DNA from: a virus
DNA: 64,000 nt
Direction: 5' to 3' (one strand)
IMG/VR virus record: IMGVR_UViG_3300020204_000006
Shown: one piece after another, positions 18,001 to 27,547 of the stretch
Layout of the letters: every line of letters starts with the position of its first letter
How positions within the stretch are numbered: the stretch's first letter is position 1
Made by a program: the position numbers and the translations under genes
The notes under the pieces: model-generated
Database searches by the model: none
Told to the model about the DNA's origin: nothing
Seen by the model: only the letters and a program-made list of their open reading frames with translations

Positions 18001-19641
18001 TATGTGCATGTTTATTTTGATGACGATGACGACAAGTCAAACGCACTTTTTGTTCCATGTAAATCTTTAAATTCCATTGACGGATATTTTATTAAATTTG
18101 ATTTTTTTGCAAACTATAATAAAAGAATTAAAATATTGGTTCCCGGAGACGATCTTTCTCCTTCTTCTATAGTAAATATGGAGCATGTAACTTCTTTAAT
18201 TGATGAGTCTAATTACGTTGAGTATAGACCAATATTTCTCACTTCAGAAAATTTTGATATTAGTTTTTCAAAAACCGGATCTTCTATTATGTTTTTTACT
18301 GATACAAAAGAAGCAACTTTGGATGCTTGTGTATTTAACAATCATGATGAAATGCCAAGAATTGTAAGATCTGTTTTTCAGTCTTTTGGAGATGAGAAAG
18401 TTTCTTTTATATGTTGCAGAAATTCACCAAGACAAAATAATATTTTTGTTATGTTTCAGCTTGATGATACCATATTATTGAAAACTTTTGATCCTAATTC
18501 TTTGCTTTATTCTGAATTTGATTTAATGCCAGTAGTGAGTTATAATGCTTTTGCATATGCAGACATATCAATATCTGCTAATTCTGAAAAAAGAATTGTA
18601 TCACTTAGTCCTGAAAATTATTCAAAATTTCAAAATGATTTTGCTGGGATAACTATTAAAAATAAAAACTATTGTAATAGTTTTAGGATATCTCCAGCAC
18701 AATTTGTGCATGGAAATTGTAAAACAGAATTATCTTCTTTTATTTATGCTGAAGCAAATGGCGAATATTCATTTAGGAAATTAGCAAATCAATATTCTGT
18801 TCAGTCTGGGTTGAATCAGGCTTCAGCAGATTATTCTCGATCATCTGATGTAAATGTAAGATACCTTAAAAACAATGATACTTTTTACCCAAGATTTTCT
18901 GATTCTGCTTCTAACATAAAATTTAATAGAATGTTAAATTCTCAAAGATTTTCATTTGAAATACTTAATGATAGTTCAATCGTTCTTTTTATGTGCAATT
19001 CTGGTAGTTTATTTGTTAAAATTGGAAGTCAAGGTGGAGCTTTTAGAGATATAACTTCAGATATTTATAAGTTTTCAGATTCAGTTTTCGATGAATTTGG
19101 TCTTATCCCGTTTAGACCTGTTAAATTCAAAAAATCAGAAAAGGGTTCAAAATACACTCTTGAAAATAATAGTCAAAATGAAATAAAATCTTATTTATTG
19201 CAATCTGCTCCTGAAATAGAATTTGTGTCTTCTGTTTATGATGACTATTCCAATACTTTGTATTTATTTTACATAATAGAAAATAAACTTTTTTATCAGT
19301 ATTTTAGTGGATATTCTTTATTAAATAAAAATTTTATAAATTCTATGACTACAGATAACGATTTTAATGAAAAATCTTTACCGGTATATGTGTGCGGTTC
19401 TTTAGGGGAATTGCAAGACGTAATTTATACAGAAGAATGTTATTTTATAAACCCATATATTGATTATAAAGATTCTATTATAAATTTCCCTATATCAAAT
19501 TCTCCACCTGTAGGGGTTGTTATGCCCAATGGATGGGTAAGAGTTTATGTAAAAGACGAAAATGATTATTTAAGATCTTTCAGTATTAAGGGTAATAGTG
19601 TTATTCCTGATACATTTTTTTCAACAAGTAGTGCTTTATGA
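15031..19641 (+). CDS. Large tail-tip/baseplate-proximal protein (1536 aa)
   Basis: Coupled to the TMP stop (TAATG). Beta-rich, with two short poly-Ser tracts. Function inferred from position only. Confidence 0.55.
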   Translation: MPSNIRSGYTAFNNKDVLPQGFIDQYVTKNFQDVALNPKGAFFEELFNGPVPAEGYSGNVYGKPMPWFRITYISSAEDIGTTDFNEDDPTDPYPYKQYFIFVDYEYFDSQGVALGKKVTTKFTVNIVREEERLQPNTDTVKWMLDDEAQVYFDIYPASNSSISVEDQSKVIGIEYFDPYFTSKIVRLLPASSMGVIVDYYYNLNVPLLPQNDLSSFIGSPLGGGLISGIASDIASFNSLIGANMSRPVNYKWGLQLVNAKTVVNKEITITPQVFSTRGSLVDGVEIFYIPILSSDKGITKILCASKDRVNFNQSDLKVLGKGFIEGGLGNDGNSPDGVNEQKLKDAKPLGFAIVQNRELKKKYKSGSSSENFPQTGPNSQYMINSPLFVFNEDSVANGIYIFAPKNFLRSGDTIFVTYGQVDKHELRHVGQKRHIYFQQSGVSDFEIVSSNEGQYEFKKFSFDVLSIQLENNIFIRNISGKNVDPADSSSSSSSSYNSNFNYKGYDSADFSRGADSSVATHLDWLSDNPENRISSSSSSSKNLAKFNCYRLTKVKLNPSLYPSYLPANGYFVASSIGVRAQSIDYGPGIYHIDSFGNAKLLLSGSLVRDQEWWRSSFDSLGVHDVFSFSERSQLEFVYDVSQLTNSYVVDDRKIPYEINFAKALSSVSKFSANCGENQGASYFWISPNTSNTESSNTGVGICILDFININSLRTKIAGTDVFFSLNCRKYIDASNSVFDFSSTTNFVWGFNLIESIPGQFGGASAFTSQLYYLYYNPIDLNKNGRIIWEGIGPGVSENTIIKVTTRGALAPSIGGHFETSNLINGAVIVPSESDSSLRLFKCRSMVASDPKGDTKNARLSFPDSSYMESDFLNSFSDSRPSIYKWMPIDDAPFYSKGRRIMPKYYEYPKLNHSNYISKKIYGDLREFSSFRSKAQKYRYGFLSGSDQSGWNSKESTIQTKNHLEILVEFDSRIEHMEATLKFSKLNLNIGYVHVYFDDDDDKSNALFVPCKSLNSIDGYFIKFDFFANYNKRIKILVPGDDLSPSSIVNMEHVTSLIDESNYVEYRPIFLTSENFDISFSKTGSSIMFFTDTKEATLDACVFNNHDEMPRIVRSVFQSFGDEKVSFICCRNSPRQNNIFVMFQLDDTILLKTFDPNSLLYSEFDLMPVVSYNAFAYADISISANSEKRIVSLSPENYSKFQNDFAGITIKNKNYCNSFRISPAQFVHGNCKTELSSFIYAEANGEYSFRKLANQYSVQSGLNQASADYSRSSDVNVRYLKNNDTFYPRFSDSASNIKFNRMLNSQRFSFEILNDSSIVLFMCNSGSLFVKIGSQGGAFRDITSDIYKFSDSVFDEFGLIPFRPVKFKKSEKGSKYTLENNSQNEIKSYLLQSAPEIEFVSSVYDDYSNTLYLFYIIENKLFYQYFSGYSLLNKNFINSMTTDNDFNEKSLPVYVCGSLGELQDVIYTEECYFINPYIDYKDSIINFPISNSPPVGVVMPNGWVRVYVKDENDYLRSFSIKGNSVIPDTFFSTSSAL

Positions 19642-22600
19642 GTAAATCTTCAAGAGAAAAGTCAGCTCCATTCAATTTTGGATATGTAACTTCTGAGGTA
19701 GTGATTTTTCCCACTGCCTATAGTTCATATCCTTTGAAATCTAGAAATAGGCAATTTAACGAAATGTTTTTTAATGAAGTAACCATTAAAAACATGAACG
19801 CCGTTTCTGGTAAAGAAAATTTAGAAATGGTGTCAGATGGAATTGCTGGTTCTTCATATGGAGTTACTTTAAGTCCTAAATTTTCATTTGTTGATACAAA
19901 TTTTAATATAAATCGCAATTATACTGAATGGAATAGTTCTCAGGGTAAAAATAGTGTTTTACCTGCATCTGGCAATTTATCTACTAACTTGACTGCAAAG
20001 TATTGGCATAATTCCTGGATGCCCACTAATTCTATATTTACCAGTTCTGCTCAGGATCCAAATTCTAAAAATATTCCTTGGTCAAATATTCCTGAATACT
20101 ACTATGGAACTAATGAAAAAACCATAATAAAAGATAGTCCGGTTGTAAACAATTTTTTAAGGTCTTTAAATCCAAAATTTTTAATTTTTCCTAAAAAAAT
20201 AGTAAGTCCAGATCCTGAAAAAGAGAATACCGCTCATTTGGATGTAACTTTCATAGGAAATGACAATACATACTTTGGAGATTTTATTAAGAATATTCCT
20301 GAAAAAATATTAAATGTAGTTTCTTCTTCTGGTGAGGAAACTGTAGGACCAGAAAAACAATTCCCTGGAGCTAAAAATGGGTCTAAATTTAAGGTTGTAA
20401 AAAATTTACCACCTGGTGTTCACTGTGGTCTTAGAAAACAATTCGAAAATTTTCATGGGCAAGATTTTGTTTATACCTTTGAAAAGCTTTCTTTTGATCA
20501 TTCTTTACCTAATAACAGTGTAAAAGACAGTATAAACTTTTATTTTAATTTGAGTAGCGAACATTCTGCTTTAGATCCAATTGGCATTTCAGGTGCAGAT
20601 GTGCTATCTGGAGAAGATGTTAATGTAAGTAACAATTATGGCATGCTGAACACGTATGATAAAAAGTCTGAAACTTGGAGTAATAATGGCTTTTATCTTG
20701 GCAGCCAGCCATATATAGTTTTAGAGCTTCCAAATCAAAGCCCAAATAATGTAAATGAATATGATAGTTTGTATATTATAGTTCCTAAAAACGGCAATGT
20801 AGTTGCAGTAAATTGCTCTAAAAAAATCAGGCAAATAACTGTTCCCTCTAAAGACAATTCAGATAATTTTTCAAAATACATAATAAAGCCGCCTTTTCGT
20901 ATGTCAAAAATTATATATGATTTCGGTTTTTCTGGTAGCGAATTGTTGTCTCAGCAAAATTTTTCAATAAAGATTCAGCATTTAATGGGTTCTTTACAGA
21001 TTTCTTTTAGTGGTGGGAGATCTTATATTGTAAGTGAAGAATCGTATAACATGAAAGCTCTTAATCAAGAAATTTTTGAGCAACTTGAAGATAGTGGAGG
21101 TTTCATATATAAAATAGACCAAACAAATGAATCGTCTTTTATTCCTGAAAAAGATGGAATTATGTTACATGGTAGACCTAGAGTTTTTTGGGGTAATTCA
21201 CAGTATGCAGTTAATGTGTCTCCAATAGAATATCATTCTCAGGCAAAAATAAAACCCAACTATCCTATTTCAATTTTAGGCAGATTTGGATCTACTCAAG
21301 TAGATGATGGCAATGGTGGCAAGACTGATGATGGCGGATTGCAAGAAGCTGAAAAAAATCTTTTTCTTTTACTTAGAAATAGGATAGAGCCGACCTCCGA
21401 AGAGGATGGATTTTCAGATGATCTTATAACTCAGTATTTTGACGATTTTAGAAGATTTGTTTTTAAAAATCAATCTTTACTCTATGGTGAAATATTAAGT
21501 GGTAAATTAGTGGAAACAAAAGCAACTATCATGCCAGCAAGGTTTAGCAATTATATTCCTGGATGCTGTCTTGGAGAAACTGACGGCAGAAGTGGATCTG
21601 GACAGTTTAGATTTAAATATAAATATTTCAATAGTTTATCTAAAAATGCCAGTCTTTCTGGCGGTATATCTATATCCAAAAATGAAGTTAAAAAAAGGGG
21701 TACCAATTCAGAATCTAATTTAGACAATTTCTCATTTGGAGTTTTTGTGGAATTCACATTAAAAAGTGGCCCCATAGAGCTTTTGCATCCTTTCTTTCCT
21801 AATCAAAGTCCGTATTTTGGTTCGTTTATAAGGCCTGTTATGTTTGGGTATTCTTCTTTGGTAAGAGAAGACAACAATCCTGCTGTTAATGTTTCCCCAA
21901 AAAACATATCAAACTTGGTCCAATCTTATAAAGAAACTTGGTCAAAAGAAGGTAACAGCTTTATAAGGCATAATGCAAGCCTTATTCTTTATGTTCCAAA
22001 AAATCTCTCCATGAGAGATCTTGTTTCTGGAAGAAGAGTTAATTCTTCTGCATCTAGGACTACCAGATTTGGAGATGCAGTCAGTTTTGATAACGATGTT
22101 AGAAAATTTATTATGTCTCTTCAGGATAAAGCATTTTATGTTCGCGTATACCTTGGAAGATGTTTAAATAACCCTGAAGATGATGACTCTTCTTCAGTTT
22201 ATGATATATTACATCCAGATTTTGACGGTGGAGCAACTAATTTAATAGGAGGTCAATCTTCTTCAAATAAGTTTAAATATCTTGCCTTTACAGGCATTTG
22301 CAATCAAGTTAATTTCACCATGAAGCCTAGTCACATAGAAGTTACTATGGAACTTGAAGATTATTCTAGAATACTAGACGATACAAAATTTTTAAACCCT
22401 CCTTTTTATGACGCTGTACGTGACTATGATGCTATATACGACGTATTATCGTGTGCTGGATTAAGAGAAGGCTCTGGTGCTTCTAATGGATTTCTTCCAA
22501 TGGATTTTTTAAAGTACATGACTTCTCAAGATACTACAAGTGGTGATAGAAAATATATGTTTTTCAATGATAGAACTGTTGTTTACGCAAATTATGTTTT

Positions 22601-23477
22601 ACCTGGAAATTATGATCCTTTAAACAATCCTAGATTTAAGCCTAATTTTGGTGATAGTCATTTACAATTTATTAAAAAAATAGCTGATGTATCAGGTAAA
22701 ACATTTTATTTTGATAATGCTGGCATAGCTAGATTTGAAATTTCTCCAGATGAAATAGAGTACTTTTCTAATAATAATTCTACTTCTAGTGGTGACTCTT
22801 CTGGCTCTCCATCTAGTTCTGATCCTGCAATAAAATTTCAACACTTAGACGCATTAAACGAAATTCACGATTTTTACACATCGGTTGATTACAATAAATT
22901 TTCAGATACTGGTAAATTTAAAATATGGAATGTGATTGATACTGATAGCTTTCAATTTAATAAGAAAGTGTCTGATATATACAATGAAATACGAGTTGTT
23001 ACTACAACTCCAGACATGAAGCTTCTTTTAGCTGGTCATTTAAATGTAAACTCGATATATGACCCTTCTTCTCCTGGATTCCTAGGCTACAGGAAAATGT
23101 TTTTACAAAAAGATGGTGTTTTTGGTTCGAAGGAAGCTTTGCAGAAAATAGTCAATAGATACACCATGTTTTTTAATCCACCTTTGTTTTGTAGCTTTAG
23201 TATTCCTGGTAGAAATGGAGTAATGCCAAATCAGTATTTTAGACTGCATTATGGATCTAGTTTTAAAAGGGGAGAAAACGGGAAAGTTGAAAATGGAGAT
23301 AATGGCAAGCCGATAATTGAGCCATTGTATATACTTGGTATAATAACCGAGGTTAGTAATGAAATAGATAAAAAATCAAACAGGTGGAGTACTAGAATAT
23401 CTGGTAGATATATGTATCCTGGTGAAATAATAACGTTCAACAATGGAGAAGATACAACATTGCCAGTTCCAGTTTAA
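19638..23477 (+). CDS. Baseplate hub / Tal-like (gp27-like) tail protein with large N-terminal extension
   Basis: The C-terminal third reads VRVYLG...FTG...EVTMELEDYSRIL...IKKIAD..G..FYFDNAGIARF...YNEIRV...CSFSIPG...ITEVSNEI....WSTRISG, the gp27/late-control-D hub pattern. Confidence 0.7.
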   Translation: MSKSSREKSAPFNFGYVTSEVVIFPTAYSSYPLKSRNRQFNEMFFNEVTIKNMNAVSGKENLEMVSDGIAGSSYGVTLSPKFSFVDTNFNINRNYTEWNSSQGKNSVLPASGNLSTNLTAKYWHNSWMPTNSIFTSSAQDPNSKNIPWSNIPEYYYGTNEKTIIKDSPVVNNFLRSLNPKFLIFPKKIVSPDPEKENTAHLDVTFIGNDNTYFGDFIKNIPEKILNVVSSSGEETVGPEKQFPGAKNGSKFKVVKNLPPGVHCGLRKQFENFHGQDFVYTFEKLSFDHSLPNNSVKDSINFYFNLSSEHSALDPIGISGADVLSGEDVNVSNNYGMLNTYDKKSETWSNNGFYLGSQPYIVLELPNQSPNNVNEYDSLYIIVPKNGNVVAVNCSKKIRQITVPSKDNSDNFSKYIIKPPFRMSKIIYDFGFSGSELLSQQNFSIKIQHLMGSLQISFSGGRSYIVSEESYNMKALNQEIFEQLEDSGGFIYKIDQTNESSFIPEKDGIMLHGRPRVFWGNSQYAVNVSPIEYHSQAKIKPNYPISILGRFGSTQVDDGNGGKTDDGGLQEAEKNLFLLLRNRIEPTSEEDGFSDDLITQYFDDFRRFVFKNQSLLYGEILSGKLVETKATIMPARFSNYIPGCCLGETDGRSGSGQFRFKYKYFNSLSKNASLSGGISISKNEVKKRGTNSESNLDNFSFGVFVEFTLKSGPIELLHPFFPNQSPYFGSFIRPVMFGYSSLVREDNNPAVNVSPKNISNLVQSYKETWSKEGNSFIRHNASLILYVPKNLSMRDLVSGRRVNSSASRTTRFGDAVSFDNDVRKFIMSLQDKAFYVRVYLGRCLNNPEDDDSSSVYDILHPDFDGGATNLIGGQSSSNKFKYLAFTGICNQVNFTMKPSHIEVTMELEDYSRILDDTKFLNPPFYDAVRDYDAIYDVLSCAGLREGSGASNGFLPMDFLKYMTSQDTTSGDRKYMFFNDRTVVYANYVLPGNYDPLNNPRFKPNFGDSHLQFIKKIADVSGKTFYFDNAGIARFEISPDEIEYFSNNNSTSSGDSSGSPSSSDPAIKFQHLDALNEIHDFYTSVDYNKFSDTGKFKIWNVIDTDSFQFNKKVSDIYNEIRVVTTTPDMKLLLAGHLNVNSIYDPSSPGFLGYRKMFLQKDGVFGSKEALQKIVNRYTMFFNPPLFCSFSIPGRNGVMPNQYFRLHYGSSFKRGENGKVENGDNGKPIIEPLYILGIITEVSNEIDKKSNRWSTRISGRYMYPGEIITFNNGEDTTLPVPV

Positions 23478-23492
23478 TAGAATTTATAATTT

Positions 23493-23708
23493 ATGAATGA
23501 GCAACAAAAAAATCAAAGCAATTTGCTTCAAAAAAGAATATCAGATGTAATTGACCAGGAAATAACATCTCGTTTGACTGGATCTGATTTTTTTAAGAGA
23601 AAGCAAGAAGGTTTTATGGGAAATGCAGGAGAGAGTTTTGGAGATTTACCGGAGGCAACAAGAACCAGCGCTGTTTTTGGCATGAGGTCTGGTTATGTTG
23701 ACAAATAA
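23493..23708 (+). CDS. Small hypothetical tail-region protein (71 aa)
   Basis: Fills the gap between hub and next gene with 15- and 2-nt spacers. No motif recognised. Confidence 0.65.
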   Translation: MNEQQKNQSNLLQKRISDVIDQEITSRLTGSDFFKRKQEGFMGNAGESFGDLPEATRTSAVFGMRSGYVDK

Positions 23709-23710
23709 AA

Positions 23711-26700
23711 ATGGCAGGAAGAACACCTAATTTTGGGCTTGGTTATTTCGATTTTAAGGACTCTTTGGATTCCTCTTTGTCTGTTGATCTTGAAGTTGAT
23801 AGATTTTCTACAATTGATTCTCAGCTTTTTGGACTTTATTCAATATTTGGTAATGGCATAGTTGAGGGCCTTATAGTATCCATATCTAGTGATTCTCAAA
23901 ATCCGTTTTCTTTGAATGTTTCTCCTGGAATTTATTTTATAAATGGTAAATCAACACAATTAGATTTTGTAAAAAATATTCCTGAAATTTCATCTAATTC
24001 TATATTCTATGTGTATGCTGGTTTTACAAGAACATTAAATTCTCCGATAGTCGCAAGTGTATTTACTAGTAATTTTTCCTCCGTAGAGGGTGCTGTTAGG
24101 CTTGCTCAGGTTAAAACTGGCAATAGTACAATTACGTCAATAGATTTATCATATAGGCAAGAAATTAGCTTTAGGCAGCTAATTATAGAAGAAATAGCAA
24201 AGCACAAGCACAGAGGGGATCCTGACAAAATAGACCTTCTTAGAGAAGTCAAGAATTCATTGCCTGGTGCTAGAATTTCTGATTTGGACACTGCAAAAAT
24301 CAAAAGAGGCGTCTTCAAAAAAGAAAGAATTCCAAAGCTTGATCACAATGATCTAATGAATAAGGGATTTATAAATCACGCAGGACTAGAAACTTTTGTT
24401 AGAACTATGCCAGATAGGAATAGGCAATTGCTTGGAGAGGTTGCTGCAGTTAATTTAATGAGACAAAGTTTTGTTTCAGTGAAAAATGATAGAAGTATTG
24501 CTAATGAAATGGTTAATAGTATTATTGTTTCTCCTGGTCATACAGATAATTCGATAATTGATCTTGAAAATTCTACAGCTGTAATAAATTTTGATAGTGG
24601 TTGTATAACAGGTATACCAGAGGAAGTAAATACGATAAGCTCAATAAAGTATACTACTCTTGGTGCCTTACAGTCCTACACTCAAATAAACAATATAACT
24701 TTTTCCAGGGGCAGTCCAATACCGCCAGTTGGGTCTGGAGATATATCTCCTCCTCCTCTTGATGATTCTTCTTCTGAGGTAGAGGCATACATAACTCCAA
24801 TAAGTTCATCTTCAAACTTTTTTGGAGGTACATCTGGAGATGGCGATGGTTCTGGTGGTTCTGGTGGCGGAGGTGTAAGATTTAAAGATAGTTTTGAAAA
24901 TGCTAATTCTGATGGCACTGCATATCCTGGACTATTCGTGGAAACTCAAGCGATACCATCATCTACAACTTTTGGAGCTTCTCCAGACAATACTTTAAGA
25001 ACTGATGGTATTTATTCAGTTAAATTTAGAGGAGGCAAAAAAGAAAAACTTATTTTCAAAAGAAGTGTTCTTATTAATAAAAACTGGTCAAATTATGCAT
25101 CAATAAACATTGATGTTCGTTGCAAATCCGTAGAACATCCTGCAGTGTATTTTTACTTTTATAATAAAAATGAAGCTGGCCAATTAGAGCAAAGTGATAC
25201 GTATGTTTTACTTTCTCAAAATGAAATAACTTCAAACGGAAACTCTTCTATGCAAGATTTTGCAGAAAAAAGTTTTGAAATAGCATCTTCTGATAGAAAC
25301 AATGTTGACTCTATTGTTTTTGAAGTCGCAGACATAGAAACTGATTTTGTTTTTAATATAGATGATATATTCGTTAGCGGTTTCTTATCTGGTGGCGGTC
25401 CTGATGGTGGTACTACTATTGTAACACAGAGTTACAATAGTGATGGTCTTCTCATATATAGATATGAATCACCAAATCTTATAAATTTAAATTCTATATC
25501 TTTTGATACAGTAGTGCCAGATGGTACTTCTATAGAGTTTAGATGGAGAGCTGGCAATAATGTTCTTTCTATTGCATCTGAGCAATTTTCTGATCCAGTT
25601 TTGTCAGAGCAAAGTATTCTTGCCGTTGGAAGAGTCTTTGATATACAAATATCTTTTAAGGCAAAAGAAGATACCGAAAATCAAGATGTTTTTATAGACA
25701 CTCCCGTCTTAAAGGGATTCACTCTTCAAATATCAAGCTCTGGTGAATTTGCAGGTTTTAATGTTGCAAAAGTTAATCAGTGGATGAATGGTAAGGGTGA
25801 TAACGTAAAAATAGAGCCTACTTTATTTGATTTGGGTGATTTGACAATAAAAACTCCACTTGAAATTAATAACTTTTTTTATGCAACAGAAAACTCAGTG
25901 CAAAAATCATTGCCCAATTTTATGTCATATTTTGGCTATAGTGGAACTAATTTGCCAATTAGCCCCATTCAAGCTTTAGAAATAGACGCTACTGATGGAA
26001 GAGTCGGATTAGATACTCCGACTTCTGCAGTCAGACTTTCAAACAAAAACATGATTATATGCGATACCTATAATGATAGAGTAATTGAGATAGATAAATC
26101 AGGAAATCTTATTAGGGGTTTTGGGTCTCACAATGTTGCTTCCAGCGCCAGTAACGTTGGTTTTTTCCCGATGTCTGCAATTTTTAATCCAAGAACAAAA
26201 ATACTTCAAATAGTATTTAATTCAGATTTTAATGTAGATCCAAATACTTTTGAATTAAACTCAATTAAACTATATTCAAATAATATTACTTCTAGTCTTT
26301 CTGCTCTTGATTCTGTAGAAGCAACTGGTATTACTAAAAAAATATTAAGTATAAAGCTTAGTCCTGGAAAAATCGACTTTATAAATAGTACTACTTCTGA
26401 TGTTTTTGTAAAATTAACACCTGCTGGTTTTGGGCAAACTGGTGGCTTTTCCAACAATGAGACTTTTAGGAGGCTTTATTCTTTGGATGGTCTTAAGCTT
26501 TTTGTTGGAGATTTTACCTATGTTAGCAACATAAGGCATCCTATAAATGCAATAAAAAGTTATAATAATAAAATTTGGATTTGCAATTCTAATATTCTTT
26601 TTGATAGAATCAGAGCTGGTTTAAGAAATGACAATGATGAATTTTTTGTTGCAAGAAATTCTCAGTTAAAATTTAACTTAGTAGTTTCAGTTGATCCTTC

Positions 26701-27547
26701 TTTGGCTGGTCAAGATTATCAAATCACTTTTATAAATGATCAGTCTGCTGCTGGTTCTTCTTATCAGCCTGTGTTAATAACAGGACCGATTGTGTATAAT
26801 GAACAGGTTTCTGTCGCAACTAAATCCAGAACAATAGCAGAAGTTACTACAACTCCTACCAATGCAGCTTATGTTATAAATCCAGAAGGAACAACATTTC
26901 TTTTTACTTTTAAAATTAAAGTAGAAGTCAGGAATCAACAAACTAATCAATATGAAGAGATCGCACAAAGTCCATTTTTTGTACAGAAAAGAATAACAGT
27001 TCTTGAAAATGTTCAAGCTGGATCTGACGCTGTTCCGTCCGTGCCTTCTGTAATACTATTAAATCCAGAAACAAACCAAATTGATTTTAACTATGGCAAT
27101 CAGACAAGTTTTACTTTTTCTGATTATACCTTGGGGTCAATACAAGAAATAGATAGGGAGTTAATACTCATAGGGGGTTTGCAGAGATTTTCTTCAGATC
27201 AATCTCCACCAGTTGAAATAGATGACCCTGATTCTTTTAAGGGTCAGGCTATAGAAAAACTTAAAGATTATCGTGGCAGGGTTGGTATATACAATCTTTC
27301 AACAAATTCTTTTGTATATAGTTATGATTCGTCTGATGGTGTTTATGTTAGTGACGTATCTAGAATAAATGGAGGTCAGCTTTCTGGATCTTATTTAATA
27401 GTAGAAAGCTCCATAATGTCTAATGGCGGTAGAGTTATAGTTATAGATCCATTTAACAATATTATAAGAGAAATAAACACCGGAGAATATACGATAATAA
27501 ATGATGCAAGGCTGCTTGCTAATGGCAATTTCTTGCTCAGTACATGA
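23711..27547 (+). CDS. Tail fibre/appendage protein (1278 aa): shared N-terminal anchor, HxH motif, CBM-like jelly roll, NHL-like propeller
   Basis: N-terminus paralogous to 52529. KHKHRG. NWSNYASINIDV...FNIDDIFVS resembles CBM11-type domains. TPTSAVRLSNKNMIICDTYNDRVIEIDKSGNLI is an NHL-type blade. Confidence 0.6.
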   Translation: MAGRTPNFGLGYFDFKDSLDSSLSVDLEVDRFSTIDSQLFGLYSIFGNGIVEGLIVSISSDSQNPFSLNVSPGIYFINGKSTQLDFVKNIPEISSNSIFYVYAGFTRTLNSPIVASVFTSNFSSVEGAVRLAQVKTGNSTITSIDLSYRQEISFRQLIIEEIAKHKHRGDPDKIDLLREVKNSLPGARISDLDTAKIKRGVFKKERIPKLDHNDLMNKGFINHAGLETFVRTMPDRNRQLLGEVAAVNLMRQSFVSVKNDRSIANEMVNSIIVSPGHTDNSIIDLENSTAVINFDSGCITGIPEEVNTISSIKYTTLGALQSYTQINNITFSRGSPIPPVGSGDISPPPLDDSSSEVEAYITPISSSSNFFGGTSGDGDGSGGSGGGGVRFKDSFENANSDGTAYPGLFVETQAIPSSTTFGASPDNTLRTDGIYSVKFRGGKKEKLIFKRSVLINKNWSNYASINIDVRCKSVEHPAVYFYFYNKNEAGQLEQSDTYVLLSQNEITSNGNSSMQDFAEKSFEIASSDRNNVDSIVFEVADIETDFVFNIDDIFVSGFLSGGGPDGGTTIVTQSYNSDGLLIYRYESPNLINLNSISFDTVVPDGTSIEFRWRAGNNVLSIASEQFSDPVLSEQSILAVGRVFDIQISFKAKEDTENQDVFIDTPVLKGFTLQISSSGEFAGFNVAKVNQWMNGKGDNVKIEPTLFDLGDLTIKTPLEINNFFYATENSVQKSLPNFMSYFGYSGTNLPISPIQALEIDATDGRVGLDTPTSAVRLSNKNMIICDTYNDRVIEIDKSGNLIRGFGSHNVASSASNVGFFPMSAIFNPRTKILQIVFNSDFNVDPNTFELNSIKLYSNNITSSLSALDSVEATGITKKILSIKLSPGKIDFINSTTSDVFVKLTPAGFGQTGGFSNNETFRRLYSLDGLKLFVGDFTYVSNIRHPINAIKSYNNKIWICNSNILFDRIRAGLRNDNDEFFVARNSQLKFNLVVSVDPSLAGQDYQITFINDQSAAGSSYQPVLITGPIVYNEQVSVATKSRTIAEVTTTPTNAAYVINPEGTTFLFTFKIKVEVRNQQTNQYEEIAQSPFFVQKRITVLENVQAGSDAVPSVPSVILLNPETNQIDFNYGNQTSFTFSDYTLGSIQEIDRELILIGGLQRFSSDQSPPVEIDDPDSFKGQAIEKLKDYRGRVGIYNLSTNSFVYSYDSSDGVYVSDVSRINGGQLSGSYLIVESSIMSNGGRVIVIDPFNNIIREINTGEYTIINDARLLANGNFLLST

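Noticed and set aside
6939-23477. Contractile injection system, tailocin or GTA in a cellular genome
   Set aside because: There is no sheath, gp25 wedge or PAAR/VgrG recognised, and no host genes. PhoH, neck adaptors and genome-scale density fit a free jumbo phage.
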